In this document: piece by piece, positions 1 through 12,126 of the stretch
How positions within the stretch are numbered: position 1 is the first letter of the stretch
How the letters are laid out: every line of letters begins with the position of its first letter
NCBI GenBank assembly: GCA_963736015.1
Contig: CAVTNG010000010.1
Location: 82,258-146,257 of the forward strand
Reading direction: 5' to 3'
DNA length: 64,000 bases
Source of the DNA: an uncultured Chloroflexia bacterium
GTDB taxonomy: Bacteria > Chloroflexota > Dehalococcoidia > DSTF01 > JACRBR01
Made by a program: the position numbers and the translations under genes
The notes under the pieces: generated by a model
What the model was told of the DNA's origin: nothing
Seen by the model: the letters and a program-made list of their open reading frames with translations, nothing else
Database searches by the model: none

Positions 1-202
1 GCAGCCGTTTAGCGCTTTCTTAACCAATGGCAAGCTAGGATCAAATCGAAGGAATTGCCCGGGACATGCTCCCCCGTTTCGAGCGATTCCAACCGGAGCC
101 GATGCGCCATTCCCCGCAAAGCGCGCGTCGGCTTTCTGGTATCCGGCGCAATCCGCGCCCGCATCGGTCTCGCGAGGCGCGTTGATATACTTCGGCGCGA
201 GT

Positions 203-279
203 GGCGCCATCGTCTAGAGGCCCAGGACGCCGCCCTTTCAAGGCGGAGATCGCGGGTTCGAATCCCGCTGGCGCTACCA
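203..279 (+). tRNA. tRNA-Glu (anticodon UUC), 3' CCA encoded
   Basis: Cloverleaf read by eye: acceptor GGCGCCA/TGGCGCT, anticodon stem CCGCC/GGCGG with loop CTTTCAA (anticodon TTC), T-arm GCGGG-TTCGAAT-CCCGC, then A-CCA. Confidence 0.85.
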
Positions 280-314
280 TCTGTCGAACTTGAAGAGCGG
301 CGGCGAGACTTAGC

Positions 315-1331
315 TTGAGCCAGACGCGGCGGCCGCGACGGAGGTGGAGCTTTTCGCCGTTGTGGGTTGCGCTGGCGCTCCTCCTCTGCATGGGCTGCGC
401 CGGGGGTTCCGGTGCACTTCCTACCGCGACCGAGGCACCTAATGACGCCCTGAGGCGCACGCTCCTGGCGCCTGAAGACTTGCCCAGTGGATGGAAGCTC
501 GGACGAGAGGTCGATGCAACCAATAAGCGCGCATCGTGCGCGGCGGCGAGCCCCACGACTCGTGCGGGTGTCGGGGCACAGCTGTTCGGCGAGGGACTAT
601 CCGGCCCGTCGATCGTCGAAACGGTCGAGCTTCTTGATCCGGGGGATGCCGAACAGTTCATCGCCGACATCCGCACCGTTGCGCTGCCATCGGCTACGGC
701 TACGAAGATAAGTACTTTCCACAGCACGGGGATCACAGCGCTCTGCTGGCCGCGACCGACGCGAACGTGGCGACGCGACTCTTGCTCCTACGTCGCGGCG
801 ATGCGCTGCTTCATCTGAGTTACCAGACATCCGCGCGTGATGAGTCGCAGATCGAGGACTTTGCGACGGTTGCGGAAGCTGCTGATCGGCAGTTCGCAAT
901 CCTCGACGGTACGTCCGTGTTGAAGGACGCGAGCGACCCATCTCCGACAGGTACGCCCGCGAATACGACCGAGCGGCTAAGGATTCGTTGCTAGAACCCA
1001 GTGACATCGTAAGCGAGTCGTCGAACTTCGAAAAGACAACGACGGAAGATGAGCGACGGGCGTTCACGGAGCCATGCGGACTCGAGCAAGCGACAGCGCA
1101 GCCGGCGCGGGAACCTATAACGCGGGCGAAATGCTGTCAGCAGCAGCGACGGCGAGACCGCAGTGGTGGGAGAACGTGGGCATATTCGAGGCGTCCGACT
1201 TGGACTATTACCTGAATACGTTGATCGCAAATTGTCGCGCGAATCCCGCTCTGAAAGAGGTTCCGGGGCCGAGGTTAGGCGATGAGTTACGTTGCAGTTC
1301 GTGTGCGATCACCACACAGGCTGCGAGGTGA
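315..1331 (+). CDS. Putative secreted lipoprotein with two similar modules (frameshifted as given)
   Basis: N-terminus MSQTRRPRRRWSFSPLWVALALLLCMGCAGG is a signal peptide plus lipobox. Two similar modules begin LLAPEDLPSGW and LLEPSDIVSES. Reading requires joining ORFs 315-818, 767-994, 988-1215 and 1074-1331. Confidence 0.35.
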
Positions 1332-1539
1332 TGCGAGGGAAACCGTCCGAATTCGCGTTGGGAATGCGATCACTGCAGATCCAATAATGACGAGGCGGAC
1401 GACACGGCAATCGATGAGAGAAGTTCCTGCGTCTCGTTGACGCCGCGTACAAACGCTTCATCGAGGTTGCGCGTCCAGCCGGGCTGAATGGGGCTGGTAT
1501 ACGGCCGACCTAGAGTCGCACGTGTAACGTTGCCGTGGC

Positions 1540-2225
1540 CTAGCCCGGCAGCGGCCCCGTGAGTGACGCCCGCTGCGAGATCTCGATCCAGTTCCCGTCC
1601 GGGTCTCGCACAAACGAGATACGCGCCGTCGTCCCCAGCGTGATCGGCGGGCGCCCCTCGGCCCCACCGCGAGCGATGATCTCCGCGTGCGTGGCGTCCA
1701 CGTCTCGCACCTGGATCGTGATGTAGCGGAAGCCCTGTGCCGTCATGTGGCCGGCTTCTCCCGCCGAGGCGTCCTCCTCGAACGTGAGGAGCGAGTCGCC
1801 GCACCGATACGACCGCTCCCCCGATCTGTTCGAGGCCGAGCGCCTCGCCGTAGAATCGCGCGTGGGCGCCCGCGTCCCTGACGGCAAGCCGCACTTCGAT
1901 GCCGGTGACACCCTCGAACCCCGCGGGCACCAGCACGATGCGGTTGCCGTCAGGGTCGGTCAACTCACAAGGCGCCGCCAAGCCTTCACGCGCGATCCTC
2001 AGCACCCGATACCCGGACGGCGCCGACTCGCGCATCGGATCGCGCACGGAGTTCAGCTTGAGAACGGAGCCGTTCATCGCGTGCCGGTGCTGGCGCTGGC
2101 CAGGCCCGAGCGGCAGCAGCTCCTCGAACGGCAAGCCCGACATCGTTCTGCCAGAACGCCAGCATCTCGTCCGTGCGATTGGTGAACAGGCCGACGTCGA
2201 TGTGCTGCTTCGCCAGATCGAGCAT
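1540..2225 (-). CDS. VOC/glyoxalase-family two-module protein (frameshifted as given)
   Basis: Fragments MLDLAKQHIDVGLFTNRTDEMLAFW, CELTDPDGNRIVLVPAG and GFRYITIQVRDVDATHAEIIARGG...ISFVRDPDGNWIEISQR are typical VOC beta-alpha-beta-beta-beta modules. The ATG lies 2 nt after the stop of the upstream SnoaL-like gene. Confidence 0.6.
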
Positions 2226-2227
2226 CG

Positions 2228-2617
2228 TTACGCGAGCAGCGCAGAGATCTGCACCGAATCGAGATACTCGTCGAGCCGCGTGATCTTGCCGCCGACGACC
2301 GTGCATACGATGCAGGCCGGGAAGCTGAACTCTTCGCCCTTGGCTGTACGGCCGCGCGTCAAGTGCCGCTCGACGAAGCCTGTCTCGGTCGCTTCGCACA
2401 CCCGCTCTTCGTACCCGAAGCCGCTGAACGTGCGCGCGATCCAGCTGAGCGTGGTGAGGTTCTCGTCGACCGTCTGCTCCTTGCGGTCGAAGTTATGCCA
2501 GATGACGGCGTCCGTCGCGTAGATGCCGCGGATTGCGTCGATATCGCCGGCCTCGATGGAGGCGAAGAACCGATCCGCAAGCTCATGCATGGCGCTCGCG
2601 TGCTCCCGCTCCATCAT
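2228..2617 (-). CDS. SnoaL/NTF2-like fold protein
   Basis: 129 aa: MMEREHASAMHELADRFFASIEAGDIDAIRGIYATDAVIWHNFD...VVGGKITRLDEYLD. This is the typical SnoaL-like pattern. Its start overlaps the stop of the acyl-CoA synthetase. Confidence 0.6.
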   Translation of the reverse strand: MMEREHASAMHELADRFFASIEAGDIDAIRGIYATDAVIWHNFDRKEQTVDENLTTLSWIARTFSGFGYEERVCEATETGFVERHLTRGRTAKGEEFSFPACIVCTVVGGKITRLDEYLDSVQISALLA

Positions 2618-4198
2618 CAGTTCACCCTCCGCTCGACGCCCTTCCAGTACTGCTCGCGGATCACGAACTTCTGTAGCTTGCCGGTCGCGGTCCGCGGCAG
2701 CGACTCGACGAAGTCGACGGACGTCGGGCACTTGAAGTGCGCCAGGTGGTCGCGCGTGAACGCGATGATCTCCTCCTCGCTCGGCTTCTCGCCGTCGCGC
2801 AGAACGACGAGCGCCTTCGGCGTCTCGCCCCACTTCTCGCTCGGCACGCCGATGACGGCGCACTCGAGCACCGCCGGGTGCTTGTAGAGCGCGTCCTCGA
2901 TCTCGGGCGAGCTGATGTTCTCGCCGCCGGAGATGATCACGTCCTTCTTGCGGTCGACGATGTTGATGTTGCCGAACTCGTCCCACACCGCCAGGTCGCC
3001 GGAGTGGAAGTAGCCGTCGTGGATCGCCTTGGCCGTCTCCTCGGGCTGGAGCCAGTAGCCCTCGAGGACGACGTTGGACCGCGCGCACACCTCGCCGATC
3101 GCTGATGCCATCCTGCGGGACGGGGTTGCCGTCGTCATCGAGCACCTGGATGTCGACGCCGATCGCCTCGACGCCGGCACGTGCGCGGCGGGCATAGTCG
3201 TCGGTCGTCGTGTTGAAGTCGGGCGGTCGAGACGGTGAGGATCGGCGCCGTCTCGGTGAGCCCGTAGATCTGCATGAACTCCCACCCCAGCTCCCGCTCC
3301 ATCCGCTCGATGAATGCTGCTGGAGGGGGCGCGCCCGCGACGACAAACCGCGGGCGCGTCGTGATCTTGTGCTTCGCGGCGTCCGGGTAGTTCAGGATCG
3401 TGCTGAGTACGGCCGGCGCCATGCAGGCGAATGTCACGCCCTCGCGCTCGATGAGGTGGAAGATCTCGCGGCCCGCTCACCGCGCGAAGGACCACGTGCG
3501 TCGCGCCCATCGCCGTAATGGCGAACGGGCCGCCCCAGCCGTTCGCATGGAACATGGGCAACGTCCACAGCTCGACGTCCTCGTGCTGGATGCGCAGGTG
3601 GGCGATGAAGTTGTAGGCGTTGATGTAGCAGTTGCGGTGCGTGAGCATCACGCCCTTGGGCCGCGCCGTCGTGCCCGAGGTGTAGTTAATCGACGTGACG
3701 TCGTTCTCGTCCTGCTCGACGTGCGGCGTCGCCGACTTCGGCTTTCCCGCGATGAGCTGCTCCCAGTCCGTCCAGCCCTCCGGTACGTCTCGCCCGTCGC
3801 TGGGCGGCGATCCAGTGCTCGACCGTCGTGAGCCGGGGCCGGATGCCATCGACGACACCGGTGTATTCGTGGTCCACGAGCACCGCCTTCACGCCGGCGT
3901 GATTGATGATGTACTCGTGGTCAGCCGCCACGAGCCGGTAGTTCAGCGGCACCAGGATCGCGCCGATTTGCGTGACGCCGTAATAGCTCTCGAGGAAGAA
4001 GTGCGAGTTCGGGCTCAGGATGCACACCCGGTCGCCCTTCCCGATACCGAGGGAAAGCAGTGCGTGCCCGAGCTGGTTCACCCGCTCCTGGAACTCGCGA
4101 TACGTGAAGCGTCGCTCTTCGTCGACGATGGCGGTCTTGTCGGGATAGAGCTTCGCCGCGCGGCGAAGGAAGTCGTTGAGCAGGAGCGGCACTTGCAT
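2617..4198 (-). CDS. AMP-forming acyl-CoA synthetase/ligase (frameshifted as given)
   Basis: Motifs YTSGTTARPKGVMLTHRN (AMP-binding P-loop), QIYGLTET, GYFHSGDLAVWDEFGNINIVDRKKDVIISGGENISSPEIE and LPRTATGKLQK. Assembled from ORFs 3686-4198, 2617-3858 and 3135-3437. Confidence 0.85.
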
Positions 4199-4320
4199 GG
4201 GATGTCCCTCCGGATTTGTGCGGCGATTCTAGCGCTTTCCGAAGTCGCGCTGAATAGCCGCCGGTCGGGCGCGAGCGGGGCCACGTTGCCGCCTTGCTGC
4301 GGCCTACGTAGACTTCACGC

Positions 4321-5952
<1,632 letters not shown>

Positions 5953-6057
5953 CTGATTACGCGCTGTGCTTAGCCCGTCCCAGATATGGCTGCAGGCCGG
6001 CGAGTGGCAACAGCCAGGCGACCCGCCCGTCGCTCGCGCGATGCCGTTTTCGGGGTC

Positions 6058-6211
6058 GGGCTGTCATCCCGGATGTCGGGCTGTCATCTCGAGTGCCAGG
6101 CGGGGGTGCAGTGCCATACGTCCGTTCCGAGCCTCCGTCGCTCATGCCGGAGCGTCAGGCCTGTCATTCCGAGCGTAGCGAAGAAGCTACGTTGGCCGCC
6201 TCGATCGCCGC
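6058..6211 (+). repeat. Cluster of short GC-rich repeat units (GGGCTGTCATCCCGGA / GGGCTGTCATCTCGAG / GGCCTGTCATTCCGAGCGTAGCGAAG...GGCCGCCTCGATCGCC)
   Basis: Three GTCAT(C/T)(C/T)CG(G/A)(A/G)-type units lie in one intergenic region. The last unit (6158-6211) is near-identical to 19023-19069. Confidence 0.6.
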
Positions 6212-6310
6212 ATGATGGCAACCGCTCGCGAGGGGGAATCGTCGCGCCGAGGTGTTCAGCGTGAGATCCCGTCGACTGAACGTTGCACGTACAACCGAAG
6301 CCACAGCGGC

Positions 6311-6511
6311 CTAAGCACTGAGAATTGTCGCAGCTTCCGCGATCTTGTGCGCGATGTCGCGCCACTCGCACAAGGTCAGCGTTATCAGCAACTGGCCCCT
6401 CGTCGGTGCGGCGTGCACTCGAAAGGTGACGGTCGGACATGCGCCACCGCGGTTCTGGATGCCGACGATCTGATGTCGGCCTGGATGCGCTTGCGTGCGT
6501 TCTTGTTGCAC
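6311..6511 (-). CDS. Small hypothetical protein (66 aa), paralog of 6829-7116
   Basis: GTG start preceded by GGGGGAG 7 nt upstream. Shares the pattern G-x2-P-x-VT-(L/F)-RV...LTL-x3-EW-x3-A-x2-I with the neighbouring small ORF. Confidence 0.35.
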   Translation of the reverse strand: MQQERTQAHPGRHQIVGIQNRGGACPTVTFRVHAAPTRGQLLITLTLCEWRDIAHKIAEAATILSA

Positions 6512-6828
6512 GGTTTCGCTCCCCCTACAACGGAATGACGCTATGTTAGGTAACGCCGTTGAAGGATCGCAACGGTGTTATCCCGTGATAACATCGAAAG
6601 TGCTCTGCTAACTGCGATCGAGTGCGCCGTTTGTCAAGGCGTCATCGAGTGTGTTTCGCGATCTGTCTTTCGAACTGTCTGTGCGCGACGAGTGGTAAGC
6701 GAATTCGGACGGTGCGCCTGCGCTCACAGGAGAACGTCGCGACGACTGGCGCGTGGTGGCGCGCATGGTGCCATCGCGACGTTTGTGGATCACGGCTTCG
6801 ATCGCACACAGCGAACATTACGCGCGCG

Positions 6829-7116
6829 TCACGATGCGTGCGGCCGCGCGCTCGGATGCACGTGCGCGCGACGCCGGCGCTCCTCGTTCGCGCGGAGCTG
6901 GATCGCCAGGGCCTGGCTCTCCCACTCGCTCACGGCCAGCGTCAGCTCAACGGGCGCTGCGCCGGCCTCGCGTCGCGAGAACACGCGGAGCGTCACCAGC
7001 GGCGTGCCGTCGCGGTCCAACGAGAATTCGAACTCCATGGCTCGCGGGACAAACCATCCGTTGCGGCCTCGGGCGCGTGCGTAGAGTCGCTGGTCGTACG
7101 GGAGGCGATATTTCAT
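6829..7116 (-). CDS. Small hypothetical protein (95 aa), paralog of 6311-6511
   Basis: DGTPLVTLRVFSRREAGAAPVELTLAVSEWESQALAI aligns with GGACPTVTFRVHAAPTRGQLLITLTLCEWRDIAHKI. No clear SD, so the start is uncertain. Confidence 0.3.
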   Translation of the reverse strand: MKYRLPYDQRLYARARGRNGWFVPRAMEFEFSLDRDGTPLVTLRVFSRREAGAAPVELTLAVSEWESQALAIQLRANEERRRRAHVHPSARPHAS

Positions 7117-7483
7117 AGAGGGAGTCCGTGTCTCGATCTCCCCATGTTGGAATCGGCGCGACAGGCCGGTTTGAGAAGGGCTCTTATGCCGGTGTTGCGT
7201 AACAATCTTCTTGCACCGATGCCGACGCGGCGGTAGGGGCCGAGCGTCTCTCGGTGCCGCGCTGCAGGGTCAGTGCTCGAGCGCACGGGGGGCGGACGGA
7301 TGAGACTCAGGACAGAGATCGCGGTCGTAGGCTCAGTCGTCGGCGTCGAGCTGCTGCTATACGCGAAGGTCGCGCGCCCGGTGGATGATTCGCCCGTGCG
7401 CCGAGACGTCTGCGAGAGAATGCGGCGAGTAGGAATACAACGCCAAGTGCGCCTGCGGTGCACGGCCGGTATAACATCGCTCG

Positions 7484-8556
7484 ATGAAGATTGGCGGAAA
7501 CTTCTTCGAAGACCTGGGCCCCGGACAGCGGCTGATCAATCCGGTGCCCCGCACCATCACGGACGGCGACGTCGCGCTGTACATCGCGCTGACCGGCGAC
7601 CGCGAGCCGCTGCACTGCTCCGATGAGTTCGCGCGCAGCCTCGGCTTCGAGCGGGCGCCGGTGCACGACCTGCTCGTGTTCCACATCGTCTTCGGCCGCA
7701 CCGTCGGCGAGATCTCGCTCAACTCGCCGGGCAACCTCGGCTACGCCGACCTGCGCTTCCTGCGGCCCGTGTTCACCGGCGACACTCTGCGCGCCGAGAC
7801 CGAGACGCTCGGTTGGCGCGAGACGTCGAAGGGCGACACGGGCGTCGTCTGGGTGCGCACGACGGGCTTCAACCAGCGCGACGAGGAGGTGCTGCGGTTC
7901 TGCCGCTGGGCGATGGTGAACAAGCGCGACCCCGCCACGCCGACCGGCGCCAACGACGCGCCCGAGATGCCGTCCGAAGCATCGCTCGAGCACATCGCGT
8001 TTCCGCAGCATCGAGACGTTCGATGCGCGCGGCGACCGGCGGTGCGACGTTCTGGGAGGACTACGCGGCGGGCCAGCGCATCGTGCATCCGCAAGGGATG
8101 ACCGTCGAGGAGGCGGAGCACCAGATGGCGACGCGCCTCTACCAGAACACGCGCGCGCGTGCATTTCAATCAGATACCAGCAGGCAGTCGTCGCGGCACG
8201 GCCGGCGCATCATCTACGGCGGGCACATCATCTCGCGTCGCGCACGCGCTGTCGTTCGATGGTCTGGAGAACGTGGTCGCGATGGCGGCCTGGAACGGCG
8301 GCTCCCACACCGCCCCGACGTTCGCCGGCGACACGCTCTTCGCCTGGACCGACGTGCTCGAGCGCATCGACCTCGTCCGCCCCGACATCGGCGCCCTGCG
8401 CCTGCGCCTCGTCGCCGTCAAGAACGTCGACCCCTCGGCCGAGGACGTGCCGCTGCGCGTCGCCAGCGACGACGGCCGCGAGCGCTACGGCCCGCCGTAG
8501 TGCTCGATCTCGACTACGTAGCGCTCATCCCACGGCGTGCCGTGGCCGTCGGGTAA
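7484..8556 (+). CDS. mch: Double MaoC/hot-dog (R)-enoyl-CoA hydratase, mesaconyl-CoA (2-methylfumaryl-CoA) hydratase-like (frameshifted as given)
   Basis: N-terminal half FFEDLGPGQRL...PRTITDGDVALYIALTGDREPLHCSDEFARSLGF...HDLLVFHIVFGRTV. C-terminal half FWEDYAAGQRIVHPQGMTVEEAEHQMATRLYQNT, RIIYGGHIIS, SHTAPTFAGDTLFAWTDVLE and VVLDLDYVALIPR. The length and two-domain layout match my recollection of Mch. Confidence 0.65.
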
Positions 8557-8612
8557 TCCACGGATGCACGCTGGCTCGACAGGGCGCGCAGTCCTGCCCG
8601 AGCACGAATCTC

Positions 8613-8867
8613 ATGAAGACGTACGAAGCTTGGAATGACCCCGACTGCGAGGGTTTCTTTGCGGGCCTGCGGGAGCGTTCTCGAAGAGCAAGCTCGAGGC
8701 CTTTGGGTTCGCGCTCGCGGCTACTCTTCTCGTTCGACGCCGCGACGCACGAGGAAGCGATGTCCATCTTTAACCTTAGGATGGGGTGGGAACCGTACAG
8801 ACCGAACGGTGATCCGGCTCAATGCCCGGTCTGTGACGCGTCGGTTCTACCCGCATGGAAGCGGTGA
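8613..8867 (+). CDS. Hypothetical small protein (84 aa)
   Basis: ORF MKTYEAWNDPDCEGFFAGL...MGWEPYRPNGDPAQCPVCDASVLPAWKR. No recognisable family. Confidence 0.2.
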   Translation: MKTYEAWNDPDCEGFFAGLRERSRRASSRPLGSRSRLLFSFDAATHEEAMSIFNLRMGWEPYRPNGDPAQCPVCDASVLPAWKR

Positions 8868-8948
8868 CTGCTGCCGTTGTGGGCCGGGAACTCCTTCGTG
8901 GCCTCGCAGCGGCGTGAACATAAGCCCGAACCTGCTTAGAATGCGCCC

Positions 8949-10621
8949 GTGACTGCTGACACGACGACGGCGACAGCGCTCATCGCCGCCCGCGCGCTCG
9001 CCCACGAGGCAGAGGCGCTGGCCGGGCCGCCGTCGCCCGCGCGGCCGAGCTGACCGACGCCGGCGACGCGCATCGACGACCACCAGGTGCTCTGCGAGCG
9101 GCTCGCAATCATGGCGACGGAGGCCCGCGCCGCCGCGATCGCTCGTCGAGTACGCAGAGCGCCTCGCCGTGGCCGGCAAACCCGATCCCCGTGAGCGACG
9201 AGATGGCGCTCGCCTACGCGGCCGACGTGCTGCATCGCATCGCCGGCGCGCGCCAGGCGCATCCAGGCGACTTCGCCGACATCGAGGCGTTGTCGCAGCA
9301 GACGGGCGAAATGGTCCGCGCCGGCCTCGACGACGCGCGGCTCCAGGCCATCGGCGCGCGCGTGATCGAGGCGCGCGGCGTCAACGGCGCCGATCTCGAC
9401 AACGATGACGCGACGTCCACCCGTACATTCGCGCGTCAGTTCGCGAAGCAGGAGATCCTGCAAAGATGACGCCGGCATGCCGCTCGCCGAGCGCATCCAT
9501 CGCGAGGACCTCCTCATCCCCGAATCGCTGATCAAGCAATACGCGGAGCTGGGGTTTTTCGGCAGCTCGATCCCGTCGGGCTACGGCGGCACGGATATGG
9601 GCTATCTCACGATGGTCGTGCTGACGGAGGAGCTCTCGGCAGCTTCACTCATCTGCGGGAGCCTGCTGACGCGGTGCGAGATCCTTGCACGCGCGCTCCT
9701 CGTCGGCGGCACGGAACGAGCAGAAGCAGGAGTGGCTCCCCAGGATGGCATCGGGCGAGGCGCTCGTTGGCATCGCAATCACCGAGCCGGACATCGGTTC
9801 GGAGACGGCCTCCGTGCAGTGCCGGGCGACGCCGGCGGAGGGAGCCGACGGTCCGGGGTACAAGATCAACGGGGCGAAGGCATGGGCGACGTTCGCCGGC
9901 CGTGCGGACGTGCTGGCGCTGCTCGCCCGCACCGACCCGACGCCGGGGAACAAGGGCCTGTCGTTGCTCATCGTGCCGAAGGAGCGGTCGTTCGACCACA
10001 AGTTCGAGGTGAAGGGACCGCATGGCGGGCTCTTGACCGGCGAGGCGATCCCGACGCCTGGCTACCGCGGCATGCACAGCTACATACTCAACTTCGAGGA
10101 CTACTTCGTCCCGGCGGAGAACGTCGTTGGCGAGGAGGAGGGCCTCGGACGCGGGAACCAGTCTGACGCTCGGCGGGATCCAGGCGGGACGGCTGCAGAC
10201 CGGCGGCCGCGCGCTCGGCGTGGCGCAGGCATCGCTCGAGAAGGCCTGCCAGTACACGACGCAGCGCGTGCAGTTCGGACGGCCGGTGAGCGAGTTTCAG
10301 CTCACGCAGTACCGCATCGGACAGATCGCCACGCGCATCGCCGCGGCGCGGCAGTTCACATACGACGTCGCCCGCACCATGGAGCCGACAGGGAAGGCGC
10401 CGCTGCTGCCGGCGATGGCAAAGCTATTCGCGTCTGACGTGGCGGTATGGGCCTCGCAGGAGGCGCAACTGCTGCACGGCGGATGGGGCTACGCCGAGGA
10501 GGACCGCATCAGCCGCTACGTTGCGGATGCGCAGGTACTGCCGATCTTCGAGGGTGTGAAGGTGACGCTGGAGTTGAAGGTGATCGCTCGCACGCTCGTG
10601 AGCGCGCCTGTGGGAGCTTAG
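8949..10621 (+). CDS. Acyl-CoA dehydrogenase with about 175-aa N-terminal extension (frameshifted as given)
   Basis: The ACAD core begins near 9480 (ERIHREDLLIPESLIKQYAELGFFGSSIPSGYGG). Further motifs: GIAITEPDIGSE, YKINGAKAWATFAG, LGGIQAGRLQTGGRALGVAQASLEKACQYTTQRVQFGRP, AMAKLFASDVAVWASQEAQLLHGGWGY and QVLPIFEG. The upstream open helical region starts at GTG 8949. Confidence 0.8.
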
Positions 10622-10659
10622 GTTCTAGGTCTCGGTTCGAAGTTCTAGGAAGCACGAGC

Positions 10660-11690
10660 ATGTACATCCTCCAGAAGCAAGGCCGATTCGTCATCCCGCG
10701 CACGGAGCTGACGTACCCGGCGCACACGATCAAGATGAACGAGAAGGCCGCGCAGGCTCCGACCGACCACGTCATGCCCGACTTCGAGGACGCCTGCCCG
10801 TACGAGTTCAAGGGCGACCCCAGCCGCAAGACGCTTGTCGAGGCGCTGAACACGATCGACTTCGGCGGCAAGGTCATCGCCATCCGGCCGAACAACATCC
10901 GCTCGAAGTACTTCCTCGGCGACGTGCAGGCGATCATGCTCGGCGCGCCGGACCGCTTCCACGGCATCATCCTGCCGAAGACGGAGACGCCAGAGGACAT
11001 CGTGCACCTGTCGCGCCTGCTCGACGCGCTCGAGGAACAGGGCGGCTGGACGACGACACGTCCAGATCGAGGCGCTGATCGAGACGCCGCTGGCCGTCGT
11101 CAACGCCTACCAGATCGCGAAGGCGTCGCCGCGCATGGCGGGCCTGATCTTCGGCATCGCCGACTTCAGCGCGTCGATGGGCGTGCGCGAGATGATCGAC
11201 AACCAGAACCGCAACTTCCACTACGCCAAGCAGGCGACCGTCGTCGCTGCGAAGGCGGCCGGCCTGCACGCCATCGACAACGCGTTCCTTGCGTCTGATC
11301 CGGCCGGACACGCCCGCCGATGAGGCCGACGTCATCAGGGCCCAGCTCAAGGAGAAGAGCGAGGGCTCGCGCGACCTCGGCATGGACGGCACGTGGGTGA
11401 TCCACCCGCAGCAGGCGGAGATCGCAACGCCGTGTTCATCGCCGGATGACGAGCAGATCGAGAAGACGAAGCGCTCGCTCGAGGTGTACCACCGGCTCGG
11501 CGGCGGCTCGATCGCCGACCCGGAGACCGGCGAGTTCTACGACGAGGCGACGACGAAGGCGATGCTGATGGACCTGGCGAAGGCCGTGCAGGCGGGCAAG
11601 CTCGATGCCGAGTGGCTGGCCGACATGGCGGCGAAGTCGAAGGAAGTGTCCGGCTACGACATCCTCGAGGTGATGGGCCGGGTCGCGTAA
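10660..11690 (+). CDS. HpcH/HpaI-CitE family acyl-CoA lyase (malyl-/beta-methylmalyl-/citramalyl-CoA lyase-like) (frameshifted as given)
   Basis: HVMPDFEDACPYEFKG, IAIRPNNIRSKYFLGDV, FHGIILPKTETPEDI, IEALIETPLAVVNAYQIA, MAGLIFGIADFSASMG and MDGTWVIHPQQ are the diagnostic CitE-like motifs. Confidence 0.75.
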
Positions 11691-11726
11691 GCGAAAGTCT
11701 CATCAGAGAACAGAGGGAGCGAGTCA

Positions 11727-12126
11727 ATGGTGCAGAACCGAAAGATCAACCCGTGGACGTGGCAGGACGCATTCGGTTTCTCGCAGGCGATCGAGACGAG
11801 CGGGCACCAGCGCGTGCTCCGCTGCGCCGGCCAGACGTCCGTCGACGCGAACGGCGCGCCGATGCACGCTGGCGACATGGGGGCGCAGATCGCGCCAGGC
11901 GCTCGACAATCTCGAGACTGTGCTGAAGGCCGCGGACATGACACTGGCCAACGTCGTGCGACTCAACATGTACGTGACGGACATGGACGCCGCGCTGCAG
12001 AACTTCGGCGGCGCGGTGGAGCGCCTGGCGAAGGCCGGCATGCAGCCTGCCGTCACGCTGCTCGGCGTCGCGAGGCTGTTCGCGCCCGATCTGATGATCG
12101 AGATGGAGGCCGACGCCGTCGCATGA
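11727..12126 (+). CDS. RidA/YjgF/TdcF family protein (one frame change)
   Basis: INPWTWQDAFGFSQAIETSG...CAGQTSVDANG then NLETVLKAADMTLANVVRLNMYVTDMD...PAVTLLGVARLFAPDLMIEMEADAVA. Confidence 0.75.

Noticed and set aside
1370-1539. C-terminal tail of ORF 1370-2143(-) as a separate small gene (…NLDEAFVRGVNETQELLSSIAVSSASSLLDLQ)
   Set aside because: It has no start codon or SD of its own and no family match. It lies downstream of the VOC stop in a different frame, so it is probably non-coding.
6163-6539. The small ORF at 6311-6511 as cargo of a MITE-like element bounded by inverted GTCATTCCG / CGGAATGAC
   Set aside because: The inverted match is only 9 nt, which is expected by chance at roughly even odds in a 64-kb two-strand search. 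There are no target-site duplications.
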